This document shows, piece by piece, positions 28,556 to 37,304 of a DNA stretch of 64,000 nt. Made by a program: the position numbers and the translations under genes. The notes below the pieces were generated by a model, which was given only the letters and a program-made list of their open reading frames with translations, had not been told where the DNA came from and made no database searches. Position 1 is the stretch's first letter, and every line of letters starts with the position of its first letter. Origin of the DNA: Methanothrix sp. (GTDB lineage: Archaea; Halobacteriota; Methanosarcinia; Methanotrichales; Methanotrichaceae). Location of the stretch: NCBI GenBank assembly GCA_037128175.1, contig JBAXWY010000002.1, positions 1-64,000 of the forward strand, written 5' to 3'.

Positions 28556-28960
28556 ACGGAAATAAAATGTCATAAGGTTGCCAGCGGCTGCGCTAGCGGT
28601 CCTGCTCTGGTGACAGGGGATGCCATCTCCTTTTTGGGAAATGTCGATGCCAGGACCGGCATGGTGGTCGATCCGGCACACGAGCTATTTGATCAGTGCA
28701 TCGCAGGAAAGGTGCTCATCTTTCCGGGTGGCAAGGGCTCCACGGTGGGCTCCTACGTCATCTATCAGCTTAAAAAGAGAGATCTTGCGCCAGTGGCCAT
28801 GATCAATATCCGCTCCGAGCCGATCGTGGCAGTGGGGGCCATCATCAGCGGCATTCCTCTGGTGGACAGAGTGGCGGAGGAGATTATGCTGATAAAGAGC
28901 GGCACTTTGGTCGAGGTCGATGCTGATCAGGGGCTGGTCAGGGTTTTCGGAGAAGATTGA
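28556..28960 (+). CDS. Aconitase X swiveling (DUF126) small subunit
   Basis: ISFLGNVD..TG.V.D..H.L, GKGSTVGSYVIY, EPIVAVGAII; frame extends upstream of GTG 28610 to a non-canonical codon. Confidence 0.88.
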   Translation, partial: TEIKCHKVASGCASGPALVTGDAISFLGNVDARTGMVVDPAHELFDQCIAGKVLIFPGGKGSTVGSYVIYQLKKRDLAPVAMINIRSEPIVAVGAIISGIPLVDRVAEEIMLIKSGTLVEVDADQGLVRVFGED

Positions 28961-28967
28961 TTAGCTG

Positions 28968-28999
28968 GTCAACTACCGCGCCCTAAAGGATGGGGGCTG
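28968..28999 (+). mobile_element. IS200/IS605-type terminal hairpin remnant
   Basis: gtcaactaccgcgccctaaaggatgggggct resembles the GTCAACTACCCC..CTAAAG..GGGG ends of IscB/TnpB elements; no transposase nearby. Confidence 0.55.
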
Positions 29000-29074
29000 T
29001 GCGCTGCCACGAAGATGAATATAAAATTCGTCGGAAAGCGCAGTAAATATATATACGCAAACAGTATATAGAAA

Positions 29075-30337
29075 TTGATGAGTATAATTTCAGGAGCATC
29101 GCGAGCTCTTCTATTTTCTGTCCTATTGATACCTGTATTTGTTGCCTACTCGTCGTCATCTACATGGGATGATGCTTCCGAAAAGATGAACAAGACGGAT
29201 AAAGGAATTCCTGAGGTTGAGCTGCTTTTTTGCAAAGGGCAAAGCATCCTTCCCGTGCTGCTGACCACCGGGCAGATAGACGGCTACGTGGCCTGGCAAC
29301 CTTACCTGGCTCTGGCCGAGATGAGTGGCATAGGAAAAGTTGTTGCCTTCTCCCGAGACTTTCCGCCAGACGGGGCATGGCATAATCATCCTTGCTGCGT
29401 TCTGGTCGCCAGCAATGATATTTTGCAGAATTATCCCGATTTGGCCATGGCCGTGAGCGCCATTCTTCTTTCAGGAGACGATTTTGCAGAGCAACATCCG
29501 GAAGCTTTGCCAGAAATCACCGCCGATTGGCTTATGGGAGACCAAGATTATTTATTGGGAAGCCATATCATTTCTCCGGTTAGCTTATTTAATAGATCTC
29601 TTTCCACTTTTGTGTTCTCTTCTCAGGTAAATGGAAAATGGAATGCTTCTGCACAAATCCTAGTCGATCGGATGGGAGACATTCTCAACACCTTAGATAG
29701 TGCTCAGCATAATGGATCCGAGACTAAACTGTCAGAATTTATGGATTCCAGGCCTTATTATCAGGCAGTTAACTGGATTGCTTCGCAAGATCGGGCATCA
29801 TATAATATTTCCAATAAGCCGGGGAAGAATCTAATCAGAATAGGATACCTCATGATCGATCACCAGGCACCACTCTTTGCTGCTGTCAAGAACTGGCCGT
29901 ATTTCCAACAAGAATACAAAATTGCGCTAATGCCGGTTGAGGGCATCAAGCGGCCTCGATATCTGGAGCTGATGATCAACGGCCAAAAAGCGGCCGATGT
30001 GGAGCTTATATCCGCGCCTACCGGGCAGAATCTTATGACTTTGATGGAGCAAGACAACCTGGATATGGCCATAGTAGGCATAACCCCGGCCATAGGATCA
30101 ATCAGCCTGGGCTGTGAAGCTAGAATTATTCAACCGGTGCAGAATTTAGGCTCGGGACTGGTCCTGGCGACCGCATCTGGGGCAGAAGATTGGGATGATT
30201 TCGTTTCCCTGGCCAAAGCCTCCTTTGCCCTAGGTCGGCCGCTGAAGATAGGCGATCCGGATTTAGGGACCATTACAGACGTCATATTTCAGGATGCACT
30301 GAGAGCATCCGGCCTGCGGGGCGTGAGAGCATCATGA
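29075..30337 (+). CDS. ABC transporter substrate-binding protein (SsuA/NrtA/NMT1-like), apparently permuted
   Basis: GQIDGYVAWQP, HPCCVLVA, IRIGYL..DH.APL, GSGLV, LKIG.P..G. Confidence 0.85.
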   Translation: MMSIISGASRALLFSVLLIPVFVAYSSSSTWDDASEKMNKTDKGIPEVELLFCKGQSILPVLLTTGQIDGYVAWQPYLALAEMSGIGKVVAFSRDFPPDGAWHNHPCCVLVASNDILQNYPDLAMAVSAILLSGDDFAEQHPEALPEITADWLMGDQDYLLGSHIISPVSLFNRSLSTFVFSSQVNGKWNASAQILVDRMGDILNTLDSAQHNGSETKLSEFMDSRPYYQAVNWIASQDRASYNISNKPGKNLIRIGYLMIDHQAPLFAAVKNWPYFQQEYKIALMPVEGIKRPRYLELMINGQKAADVELISAPTGQNLMTLMEQDNLDMAIVGITPAIGSISLGCEARIIQPVQNLGSGLVLATASGAEDWDDFVSLAKASFALGRPLKIGDPDLGTITDVIFQDALRASGLRGVRAS

Positions 30338-31092
30338 ACATTCGAAAGCTGGTCCTTCCGATCAGTGTGATCCTGATCTGGCAAGCTTTGGCTCTCTACG
30401 TCAACAATCCTTTCGTGCTTCCTAATCTGGAGGCGGTCCTCTCTGTCCTTCTCAAGCCGACAGCAGATATCCTGGGCAGCGGCTCTCTCCTAGAAAATGC
30501 CAGGTTGAGTCTTGTCAGAGTGACACTGGGATTCCTCATTGCCGCTTCTCTGGCGGTGCCTTTAGGCGTGGCCATAGGCCGCTGGGAGGTGTTTAAAGAT
30601 GTCTCGGAGGGCTTGATCTCAGCTCTGCGACCTGTGCCGCCGCTGGCCTGGGTTCCTCTGGCCATGGCTTGGCTTAAGATTGGACTGGCATCTATGGTTT
30701 TCATAATAGCCCTGGGAGCGTTCTTCCCAATTCTGCTCAGCACGGCTCAGGGAGTTCGAGGCGTGAAGAAATCCTGGCAGGAGGCGGTCTCCATGATGGG
30801 CGCGGGGGAGGTTCATATCATCTCCAAGGTCATCTTGCCCGGCAGCGCTCCCGAGATATGGACGGGAATGCGGGTCGGCTTTGGGATTGCCTGGATGTGC
30901 GTGGTGGCAGCGGAAATGCTGCCCGGTACCAGCTCAGGTCTAGGATATCTAATCATGTATGCTTACGGCTGGGGGCAGATCCAGGTGGTAGTGGCGGGGA
31001 TGGTGGCCATTGGCGTCCTCGGCATACTGATCGACCGGTTCTTCATAGCCGTGGAAAGAAGATGGTTCTCCTGGAGGGCATACGACCGATGA
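30334..31092 (+). CDS. ABC transporter permease (SsuC/TauC-like)
   Basis: SL.RV..GF, LRPVPPLAWVPL, EAVSMMGA, W.CVVAAEM. Confidence 0.92.
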   Translation: MNIRKLVLPISVILIWQALALYVNNPFVLPNLEAVLSVLLKPTADILGSGSLLENARLSLVRVTLGFLIAASLAVPLGVAIGRWEVFKDVSEGLISALRPVPPLAWVPLAMAWLKIGLASMVFIIALGAFFPILLSTAQGVRGVKKSWQEAVSMMGAGEVHIISKVILPGSAPEIWTGMRVGFGIAWMCVVAAEMLPGTSSGLGYLIMYAYGWGQIQVVVAGMVAIGVLGILIDRFFIAVERRWFSWRAYDR

Positions 31093-31847
31093 AGCTGGAA
31101 TTGTTGGAAATAACAAAGCAATTCGATCAAGGAAACGGCAAACCTGTTGTAGTCCTGCAAGATATTTCGCTGCAAATAAATGAGCAGGAGATGGTGGGTA
31201 TCCTGGGGCCATCGGGATGCGGAAAGACTACTCTGCTCAGGATAATTGCCGGACTGGAACAAGCAACTCATGGGCAGGTGCTGCTGGATGGAGAGCCCGT
31301 AACCAGGCCCAGCGCAAGGATGGGAATGATTTTCCAGGAGCATGCTTTGCTTCCCTGGCGCTGTGTGCTCGATAATGTATCCCTGGGGCTGGAAATGCAG
31401 AAAATGCCCCGCAAGGAAAGGCATGAGAAAGCTATGAAGTACCTTGAACTGGTGGGCCTGCAAGACAGCGCGCATAGCCGTCCTTACGAGCTTTCCGGAG
31501 GCATGCGCCAGAAAGCGGCAGTGGCCAGAGCCCTGGTTCTGGAGCCCTCTTTGCTGCTCATGGACGAGCCATTCTCGGCTCTTGACCCCCAGACCAGAAA
31601 GCAGATTCAAGCGGATATCATTTGCATCCAGGAAACGACAGCAAAAGCCATCGTGTTCGTGACTCATAGTGTGGAAGAGGCCATATTTTTAGCTGACAAG
31701 CTGGTAATCCTCAGTGCCAGGCCGGGAAGGGTCCAGGAGTTATTGGATGTGAAGCTAGAGCGGCCAAGAGACAGGATGAGCCCGCGATTTCTGGAGATGA
31801 GGGAAATGGTTCTTGGGTCTTTGGACGGGAGTAATCGGAAGACGTGA
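31089..31847 (+). CDS. ABC transporter ATP-binding subunit (SsuB/TauB-like)
   Basis: GPSGCGKT, LSGGMRQ, LLMDEPF, VTH; ATG 31089 overlaps the permease stop. Confidence 0.93.
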   Translation: MKLELLEITKQFDQGNGKPVVVLQDISLQINEQEMVGILGPSGCGKTTLLRIIAGLEQATHGQVLLDGEPVTRPSARMGMIFQEHALLPWRCVLDNVSLGLEMQKMPRKERHEKAMKYLELVGLQDSAHSRPYELSGGMRQKAAVARALVLEPSLLLMDEPFSALDPQTRKQIQADIICIQETTAKAIVFVTHSVEEAIFLADKLVILSARPGRVQELLDVKLERPRDRMSPRFLEMREMVLGSLDGSNRKT

Positions 31848-31876
31848 CTACTCACACGACTGAAGTCGCGGGCATC
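31844..31876 (+). mobile_element. IS200/IS605-type hairpin remnant
   Basis: gactactcacacgac-tgaa-gtcgcgggcatc hairpin ending in gggcatc like the copy at ~729-753. Confidence 0.45.
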
Positions 31877-32201
31877 TAGGCTTTCGCCATAGACTGTAAT
31901 CCCAGTCTGATAATATTTTTTTGAAGCATTAAGATCTCGGTCCATGACCAACCCACATTTAGGGCAGTTATGGACTCTCTTTTTTCGATATGCTTTAAAT
32001 GGTTGGACATTATTATTAGGATACTTTCAGGCTTAAACCCCTTATGATGCGCGACAGATTGGGGATTCGCTTTTTTTGCTTTGTAACTAGATAGATGTTT
32101 CTCTACCAGGAATACAACATTTTGAGCCAGTATAAGCGGCCAGCAGCGTTGTGGTGAAAATCGTAAGGCCCAGAGTATAGCCCAAATGCGCCTTAATACT
32201 A

Positions 32202-33278
32202 CTAACTTGACAATTTCGTGTTAGCATTCTTGAACTCCTCCATGAAGCGATCGTTATCTTCCGACCTGCCCACAGTGACCCGCAAGCAGTGCTCCCCGGA
32301 GCCGGGAAAGGAGCTGCAATCCCGCACTACAATCCCCTGGCAGAGCAGCCGCTCCACTACCACCTCTGATTTCTCCTCGGTATGAACATAGAGGAAATTA
32401 CCCTCCGAGGGATGAGCAGAGGCCAAGCTCTGGCGCATTCTCTCTCGCTCCGCGACTATTTTGCCCACACACTCCCTCATCCAGCCCAGATCCTGCAGCG
32501 CGGCCACGCCCGCCGCCAGAGAGAGACTGCTTATGCCAAACAGTGGTGCAACGCGCCGGTACTGCCGGGCGATCCAGGGCGGAGCTACGGCATAGCCCAG
32601 GCGCAGCCCGGCCAGGCCGAAGGCTTTGGAGAGGGTGCGGCCCACTACCAGGTTATCGTACTCTCTCACCAGCTTTAGCAGGCTCTTTCCGGCAAACTCG
32701 GCATAGGCCTCGTCCAAAAAGACGATTGATTCGGTGCTTTCCACCACGGCCCGCACGTTTTCTTCCGAGAGGGCATTTCCCGTGGGGTTGTTGGGCGAGC
32801 ATAGAAATGCCATCTTGATTCCTTCCGGGATTTTCCGGTCCACAGAAAAGCCGGCAAGCCTGGGCTGATAGTGGGGCACAGCCCCGCAGAGCTCCACTGC
32901 CAGGCCATAGAAATTGTAGGTGGGCACGGGAATGAGGACCTTGTCCCCGGCCCCCAGGAAGATGCGGCAGATAGTAGTAATGATCTCATCCATGCCCGCT
33001 CCCGCCACCAGACACTCTTCTGGATAGCTCGTGTACCCGGAAAGAGCCTTTAAAAATGGCCGGGAATCAGGGTACCTGTGCAGAGATACATCGGTTAAAG
33101 CCGCGCGGACGCGGGGGCTCGCGCCGTAAGGATTCTCATTTCGGCTGAGCATAACGATGCGCTCCTGGGAGATGCCGTATCTTCGCGATATCTCCGCTGC
33201 ATCGGGGCCGGCCTCATCCTCCTCCAGTTGGGCCAGATAGGGCAGGACATTCTTGGTAAAATCCGCCTTGTCGCTCAC
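32202..33278 (-). CDS. hisC: Histidinol-phosphate aminotransferase
   Basis: LSRNENPYG, RYPD, G.DE.I, CSPNNPTG, DEAYAEF, RTLSKAFGLAGLRLGY; GTG 33278 likely start. Confidence 0.9.
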   Translation of the reverse strand: MSDKADFTKNVLPYLAQLEEDEAGPDAAEISRRYGISQERIVMLSRNENPYGASPRVRAALTDVSLHRYPDSRPFLKALSGYTSYPEECLVAGAGMDEIITTICRIFLGAGDKVLIPVPTYNFYGLAVELCGAVPHYQPRLAGFSVDRKIPEGIKMAFLCSPNNPTGNALSEENVRAVVESTESIVFLDEAYAEFAGKSLLKLVREYDNLVVGRTLSKAFGLAGLRLGYAVAPPWIARQYRRVAPLFGISSLSLAAGVAALQDLGWMRECVGKIVAERERMRQSLASAHPSEGNFLYVHTEEKSEVVVERLLCQGIVVRDCSSFPGSGEHCLRVTVGRSEDNDRFMEEFKNANTKLSS

Positions 33279-33306
33279 AGTTCTTCCTTGACAAGGATGA
33301 TATTTA

Positions 33307-33440
33307 GGTTCCTCGTTGTTTCGAGTGGGCAATAGAATAAAATCGAGTTCTCTGTGAGTCCTCCGTGCGCTCTGTGTCTCTGTGGTGGTAGTATCGTCTG
33401 CCGTTTTTTATAGTCCGTGGTTAACGACGTTTTCAACCAC
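33307..33440 (-). repeat. CACAGAG-rich dispersed repeat, copy 2 (inverted)
   Basis: Reverse complement aligns with 78-207, including caccacagagacacagagcgcacggaggactcacagag. Confidence 0.85.
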
Positions 33441-33482
33441 AAAACAAAATCCTTTTATCTTTTCTCGGCCTTTCGTAGCGGC

Positions 33483-34307
33483 ATGTTCAAGATCGGTTTT
33501 GTGAAGCTCGGAAACATAGCCACCTCGACGGCTATTGATCTCTCCCTGGATGAGATTGCGGAAAGGTCCGACATCGAATTCAAGATCGTCAGCTTCGGCC
33601 CCAAGATGACCAAGAAGGAGGGCGAAGGCGCAGCCGAACTGTTGGCCTGGGCCCCTCAATTGGTGGTCATCTGCAGCCCCAACGCCGCGACTGCCGGACC
33701 CACGGCGGCGCGCGAGCATTTCAAAGGCGTGCCCACCATCGTCATCTCCGACGGTCCCGCCAAGAAAGAGTCGCGCGACCTATTGACGACAGAGGGATTT
33801 GGCTACATCATACTGCCCATGGACCCGCTCATCGGTGCCAAGCGCGAGTTTCTCGACCCGGCGGAAATGGCCCTCTTCAACTCCGACGCCCTGCGGGTTC
33901 TGGCCGCCTGCGGAGCCATCCGGCTGGTCCAGGAAGAGCTGGACAGCGCATTGATCAGCATCGCCGCAGGCCAGGCCAAGCTTCCCGCCATTCTGGCCAC
34001 GCCCGAGAAATGCGCCGAGCGCATGAACTTCTCTAACCCTTACGCCCGCGCCAAGGCCGTGGGGGCTCTCTACATGGCGCAGACCGTGGCCGGCATCGAT
34101 GCTGCTGCCTGCTTCCGCCTGAAAGAACTGGAGGCGATCGCCTTGGCTGCGGCCGCGGGCCATGAGGTCATGCGCGCCGCTGCGCGTCTCGCCGACGAGT
34201 CCAGAGAGCTGGAGAAGGCCAACGACACCGTCTCCCGCCGGCCCCATGCCCGCACCGGGGAACTCATGAACAAGACCCGGCTGCTGGAAAGGCCGGAGAA
34301 GATCTGA
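33483..34307 (+). CDS. mtd: F420-dependent methylene-tetrahydromethanopterin dehydrogenase
   Basis: KLGNIA, LDE.AER.DI, G.KM, SPN...GP..ARE, DP.IGA.REFLDP.EMA.FN.D, F.NPYA.AKA, AA.HE, R.PH. Confidence 0.93.
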   Translation: MFKIGFVKLGNIATSTAIDLSLDEIAERSDIEFKIVSFGPKMTKKEGEGAAELLAWAPQLVVICSPNAATAGPTAAREHFKGVPTIVISDGPAKKESRDLLTTEGFGYIILPMDPLIGAKREFLDPAEMALFNSDALRVLAACGAIRLVQEELDSALISIAAGQAKLPAILATPEKCAERMNFSNPYARAKAVGALYMAQTVAGIDAAACFRLKELEAIALAAAAGHEVMRAAARLADESRELEKANDTVSRRPHARTGELMNKTRLLERPEKI

Positions 34308-34515
34308 AAAACACTTTCGCCCCGCGCGGCTTGCGGCTTTATAGAAGGCCGGTGCAACTAGTATCTGTGGCAAGGAAGACTGCACCGGCCCTACAAGCTT
34401 CTGGGCAAATGGGCAGTCTTCCCATTCACCCCATTTTCTTAAGTTTCAACTCATCTTCCCATCAAAAATCAAGGATCACCGATATATCCTATTGCCACCT
34501 TAAAGTGATGCAGCT

Positions 34516-35094
34516 ATGTATTCAATCATTGCTTGCGGCATTTTTGAAAAGGAGATCGAAGCGCTGCGCTCTGAGCTGGTTTTTCCCTTTGAGGCCCACT
34601 ACCTGGGAGCAGGTCTGCACGTAGACTTCGATGAGTTAAAAGGGGCTCTCGTGGCCGAGTTGGAGAAGTGCCAAAAGAATGGAAGCGATGGGCAAATAGT
34701 AGTATACGGCCAGTGCCTCCCCTTGATTGAAGAAATCCTCGCGCCCTACCATGCTGCGCTTGCGGCATGCCAGAACTGCGTGGACGCCTTCATCACCCGG
34801 AAGGGGCTGGAAAAGAAGGCCAAGGATGGACTTTTCTTCTACCTCTCTCCAGGCTGGCTGGATGCCTGGAAGGACATTTTCCGCCGCCTTAATTGGGGCC
34901 CGGAAGAGGCCAGGATGCAGATGGGCTCATTTAAGGGAACGGTCTACCTGGACACTCTGAAAGATGCGCAGGCACGCGAGGAAGAGCTTTTAGAATTCTT
35001 TGACTTCACTAACCTACCCTTCGAGATAATGCCCGTAGATCTGGGCCACTTCAAATCCCTCATAGTAAATGCCAAAGAAAGATTGGAGGATTGA
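34516..35094 (+). CDS. DUF1638-family protein
   Basis: IIACGIF..E, L..GLH, YGQC, NC, F.LSPGW. Confidence 0.75.
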   Translation: MYSIIACGIFEKEIEALRSELVFPFEAHYLGAGLHVDFDELKGALVAELEKCQKNGSDGQIVVYGQCLPLIEEILAPYHAALAACQNCVDAFITRKGLEKKAKDGLFFYLSPGWLDAWKDIFRRLNWGPEEARMQMGSFKGTVYLDTLKDAQAREEELLEFFDFTNLPFEIMPVDLGHFKSLIVNAKERLED

Positions 35095-35504
35095 GCTTGG
35101 ACGAGTTGGAAGAGATAAAAAGGAAGAAAATGGAACAGATGAAAAAAGATATGAACGCATCAGCGAAACCGTCCGTCGAGTTGCCGGACAAGCCCGTTAT
35201 TGTCACAGACGCGACAATTGATGCCGCAGCCGGCCAGTATCCGGTCTTCATTCTGGACTGCTGGGCGGAGTGGTGCGGACCATGCCGCACGATCGGGCCG
35301 ATTATCGAGCAGCTTGCGACCGAGATGAAAGGAAAGGTCGTCTTCGGCAAGCTGAACATCGACGAGAATATGCAAACCGCCAACAAGTACAGGATCTCGG
35401 CGATTCCCACTCTGATGATCTTCAAGGACGGCAAACTCATCGATAAACTGGTGGGAGCTTACCCCAAGCCCGCCTTAGCCGCAAAAATTCAGAAGTTCCT
35501 CTGA
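35091..35504 (+). CDS. trxA: Thioredoxin
   Basis: DCWAEWCGPC, IPT, GA.P. Confidence 0.93.
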   Translation: MSLDELEEIKRKKMEQMKKDMNASAKPSVELPDKPVIVTDATIDAAAGQYPVFILDCWAEWCGPCRTIGPIIEQLATEMKGKVVFGKLNIDENMQTANKYRISAIPTLMIFKDGKLIDKLVGAYPKPALAAKIQKFL

Positions 35505-35523
35505 AGGCTAACCTTCCGAGGAT

Positions 35524-35551
35524 CTTTCTTTTTTATTACTTTTTCTTTTCC
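35524..35551 (+). terminator. Oligo-T terminator after thioredoxin
   Basis: Successive T-tracts between convergent genes. Confidence 0.45.
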
Positions 35552-35552
35552 A

Positions 35553-36143
35553 TCAAGGTATACTATTGGCAACTTTGATATCTGGATAGCCGGAGATGCT
35601 GTAAACCGGTTTGGACGAGAGAGTGTCAGGCACCTCATAAAGGGGCTTGGTTCTCGAGTATTGACTGATATTGTAAGTGGGCTTATAGATATCGGTATTG
35701 TAGGTGAATTGGGATACATTTCCCAGACGCTGGCTCACATTGAATGCGGTACTTGGTGATGTGCTGGAAGGTATATTATAGGTGGATTTGTTGCCGTACA
35801 CATCCAGGTTATTTAGTGGCTTGGGTCTCGCGAAGCCGGCCCGAAGGACCTTGGTGTGCGAAGAAGCATTCCCAGTACCCAATTGAGTGGCGACCGGGGC
35901 GCTTTTTAGGCTATCATCAGGAGAAATAGCCTTTGTCGCATCGGGGTTTGCAGCCACTGTGACGCTCGCAGTGACGTTTTGAGTCTCATTTAGCGCGATG
36001 TTCTTTGTGACATTCAGAGTCTCGTTTAACGTGATGTTCGCGGTAGCGTTCTGACTGTCTTCTGCAATTGAAGCCGGCATTAAATAGGCCAGCAGCGCCA
36101 GAGTGCAGATAAGGCCTACAAGAATTTTTTGCATAATGGTCAT
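35553..36143 (-). CDS. Secreted low-complexity hypothetical protein
   Basis: Signal peptide, many N-x-T sequons, KP.Y.I repeats. Confidence 0.7.
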   Translation of the reverse strand: MTIMQKILVGLICTLALLAYLMPASIAEDSQNATANITLNETLNVTKNIALNETQNVTASVTVAANPDATKAISPDDSLKSAPVATQLGTGNASSHTKVLRAGFARPKPLNNLDVYGNKSTYNIPSSTSPSTAFNVSQRLGNVSQFTYNTDIYKPTYNISQYSRTKPLYEVPDTLSSKPVYSISGYPDIKVANSIP

Positions 36144-37207
36144 CTCCTTTTCCTGATTAGAACGATAGTGAGCAAGGCTAATGCTGCAACTCCAGCCGGA
36201 AAGTTGGCTTTCTTTGCCGTATCTGTGGCGTTGCTCCTCAGCAGAGATTTAGCCTCAATCACATTCTCCTCCAAATCCATAACGGCACCGCCCTGGCCGA
36301 GCAAAACGGTGCGCAGTTGGTAGATGCCCTGCTCAAGAGTTTTGTTCCAGGTGATCTCCACCGTCTCATCGTCTCCAGTAAGAAGGATAGGCGTCCTCTT
36401 CTCGGTGGTATTGAGAATGGAACCATTTTGAGATAGAATAAAGCGCAAAGATCCCGCAAAGGGAACGCGAGAGTTGCCCATGACGGTAGCGCTGGCACCG
36501 GTCTCATCTTGATAGGTCTCGGTGATCAATGCATCCTCCACAGCCAAAAAGGAATTCATGAAGGACCTTGTTTGGTTGTGATTCAGCTCCACAATCTTCA
36601 CGCGGCCCGCATACTCGCGTCCGTTTTCCAGGATCTGTTTCCATGCATAGTCCTTGGTAATCGGCAGGCCATTGCTTCCCGTGATGGGTATAACCTGCTC
36701 TCTGGTGACAAACACGGCCCTGTTCCCGTCGATGAGCATGTAGTAAATATCCACAACGGTAGGATCGCTGGCACTGATGACAAGGTGCATGCCGCGAGAG
36801 TCGGCACGAAAATCGCGCACGTCAAACCGTATGGGCTCCACTCCCCCGTAAAAGAAGCTATTGCATTTCCTGGAGACGGTGGTTCCATTTTCCCATAAGA
36901 GCGCGCAGACATCATAGCTGCCTTTCTCGGCTTTTATGGCAGGCCAGCGAATGACAAAGGTTCCCGCACCATCCAGCGTCAGGTTCCTGGTCGCGATCAG
37001 CCTTCCCTCATCCATCAGATCCAGCTCTAAAGCCATGCCGGCCACCTCTCCTTCCAGTGTAACATCAGCCGAGTCTATGCTGGAGTAGAGATTTGCAATC
37101 TCCGAAGAATGGGCTGTGCCCGTCATAGCCATCAGGGCTGCCAGGGCCACCAGGGCCGCTAAATGCCAAACCGCGCTTATTCTCATAGGACCATACCTGC
37201 CGACCAT
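36140..37207 (-). CDS. Cell-surface protein with Ig-like domains and C-terminal TM plus basic tail
   Basis: Signal peptide; G.Y motifs; ends ANFPAGVAALALLTIVLIRKRR. Confidence 0.75.
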   Translation of the reverse strand: MVGRYGPMRISAVWHLAALVALAALMAMTGTAHSSEIANLYSSIDSADVTLEGEVAGMALELDLMDEGRLIATRNLTLDGAGTFVIRWPAIKAEKGSYDVCALLWENGTTVSRKCNSFFYGGVEPIRFDVRDFRADSRGMHLVISASDPTVVDIYYMLIDGNRAVFVTREQVIPITGSNGLPITKDYAWKQILENGREYAGRVKIVELNHNQTRSFMNSFLAVEDALITETYQDETGASATVMGNSRVPFAGSLRFILSQNGSILNTTEKRTPILLTGDDETVEITWNKTLEQGIYQLRTVLLGQGGAVMDLEENVIEAKSLLRSNATDTAKKANFPAGVAALALLTIVLIRKRR

Positions 37208-37304
37208 TGCCGGGTATTCTGTTTTACCTTAATGGGTTTAAAACTACCGTATCGAAATAGAAGATATCAAAAAAAAAATGCCCCGAGGCTTGATGCCGGG
37301 CCGG

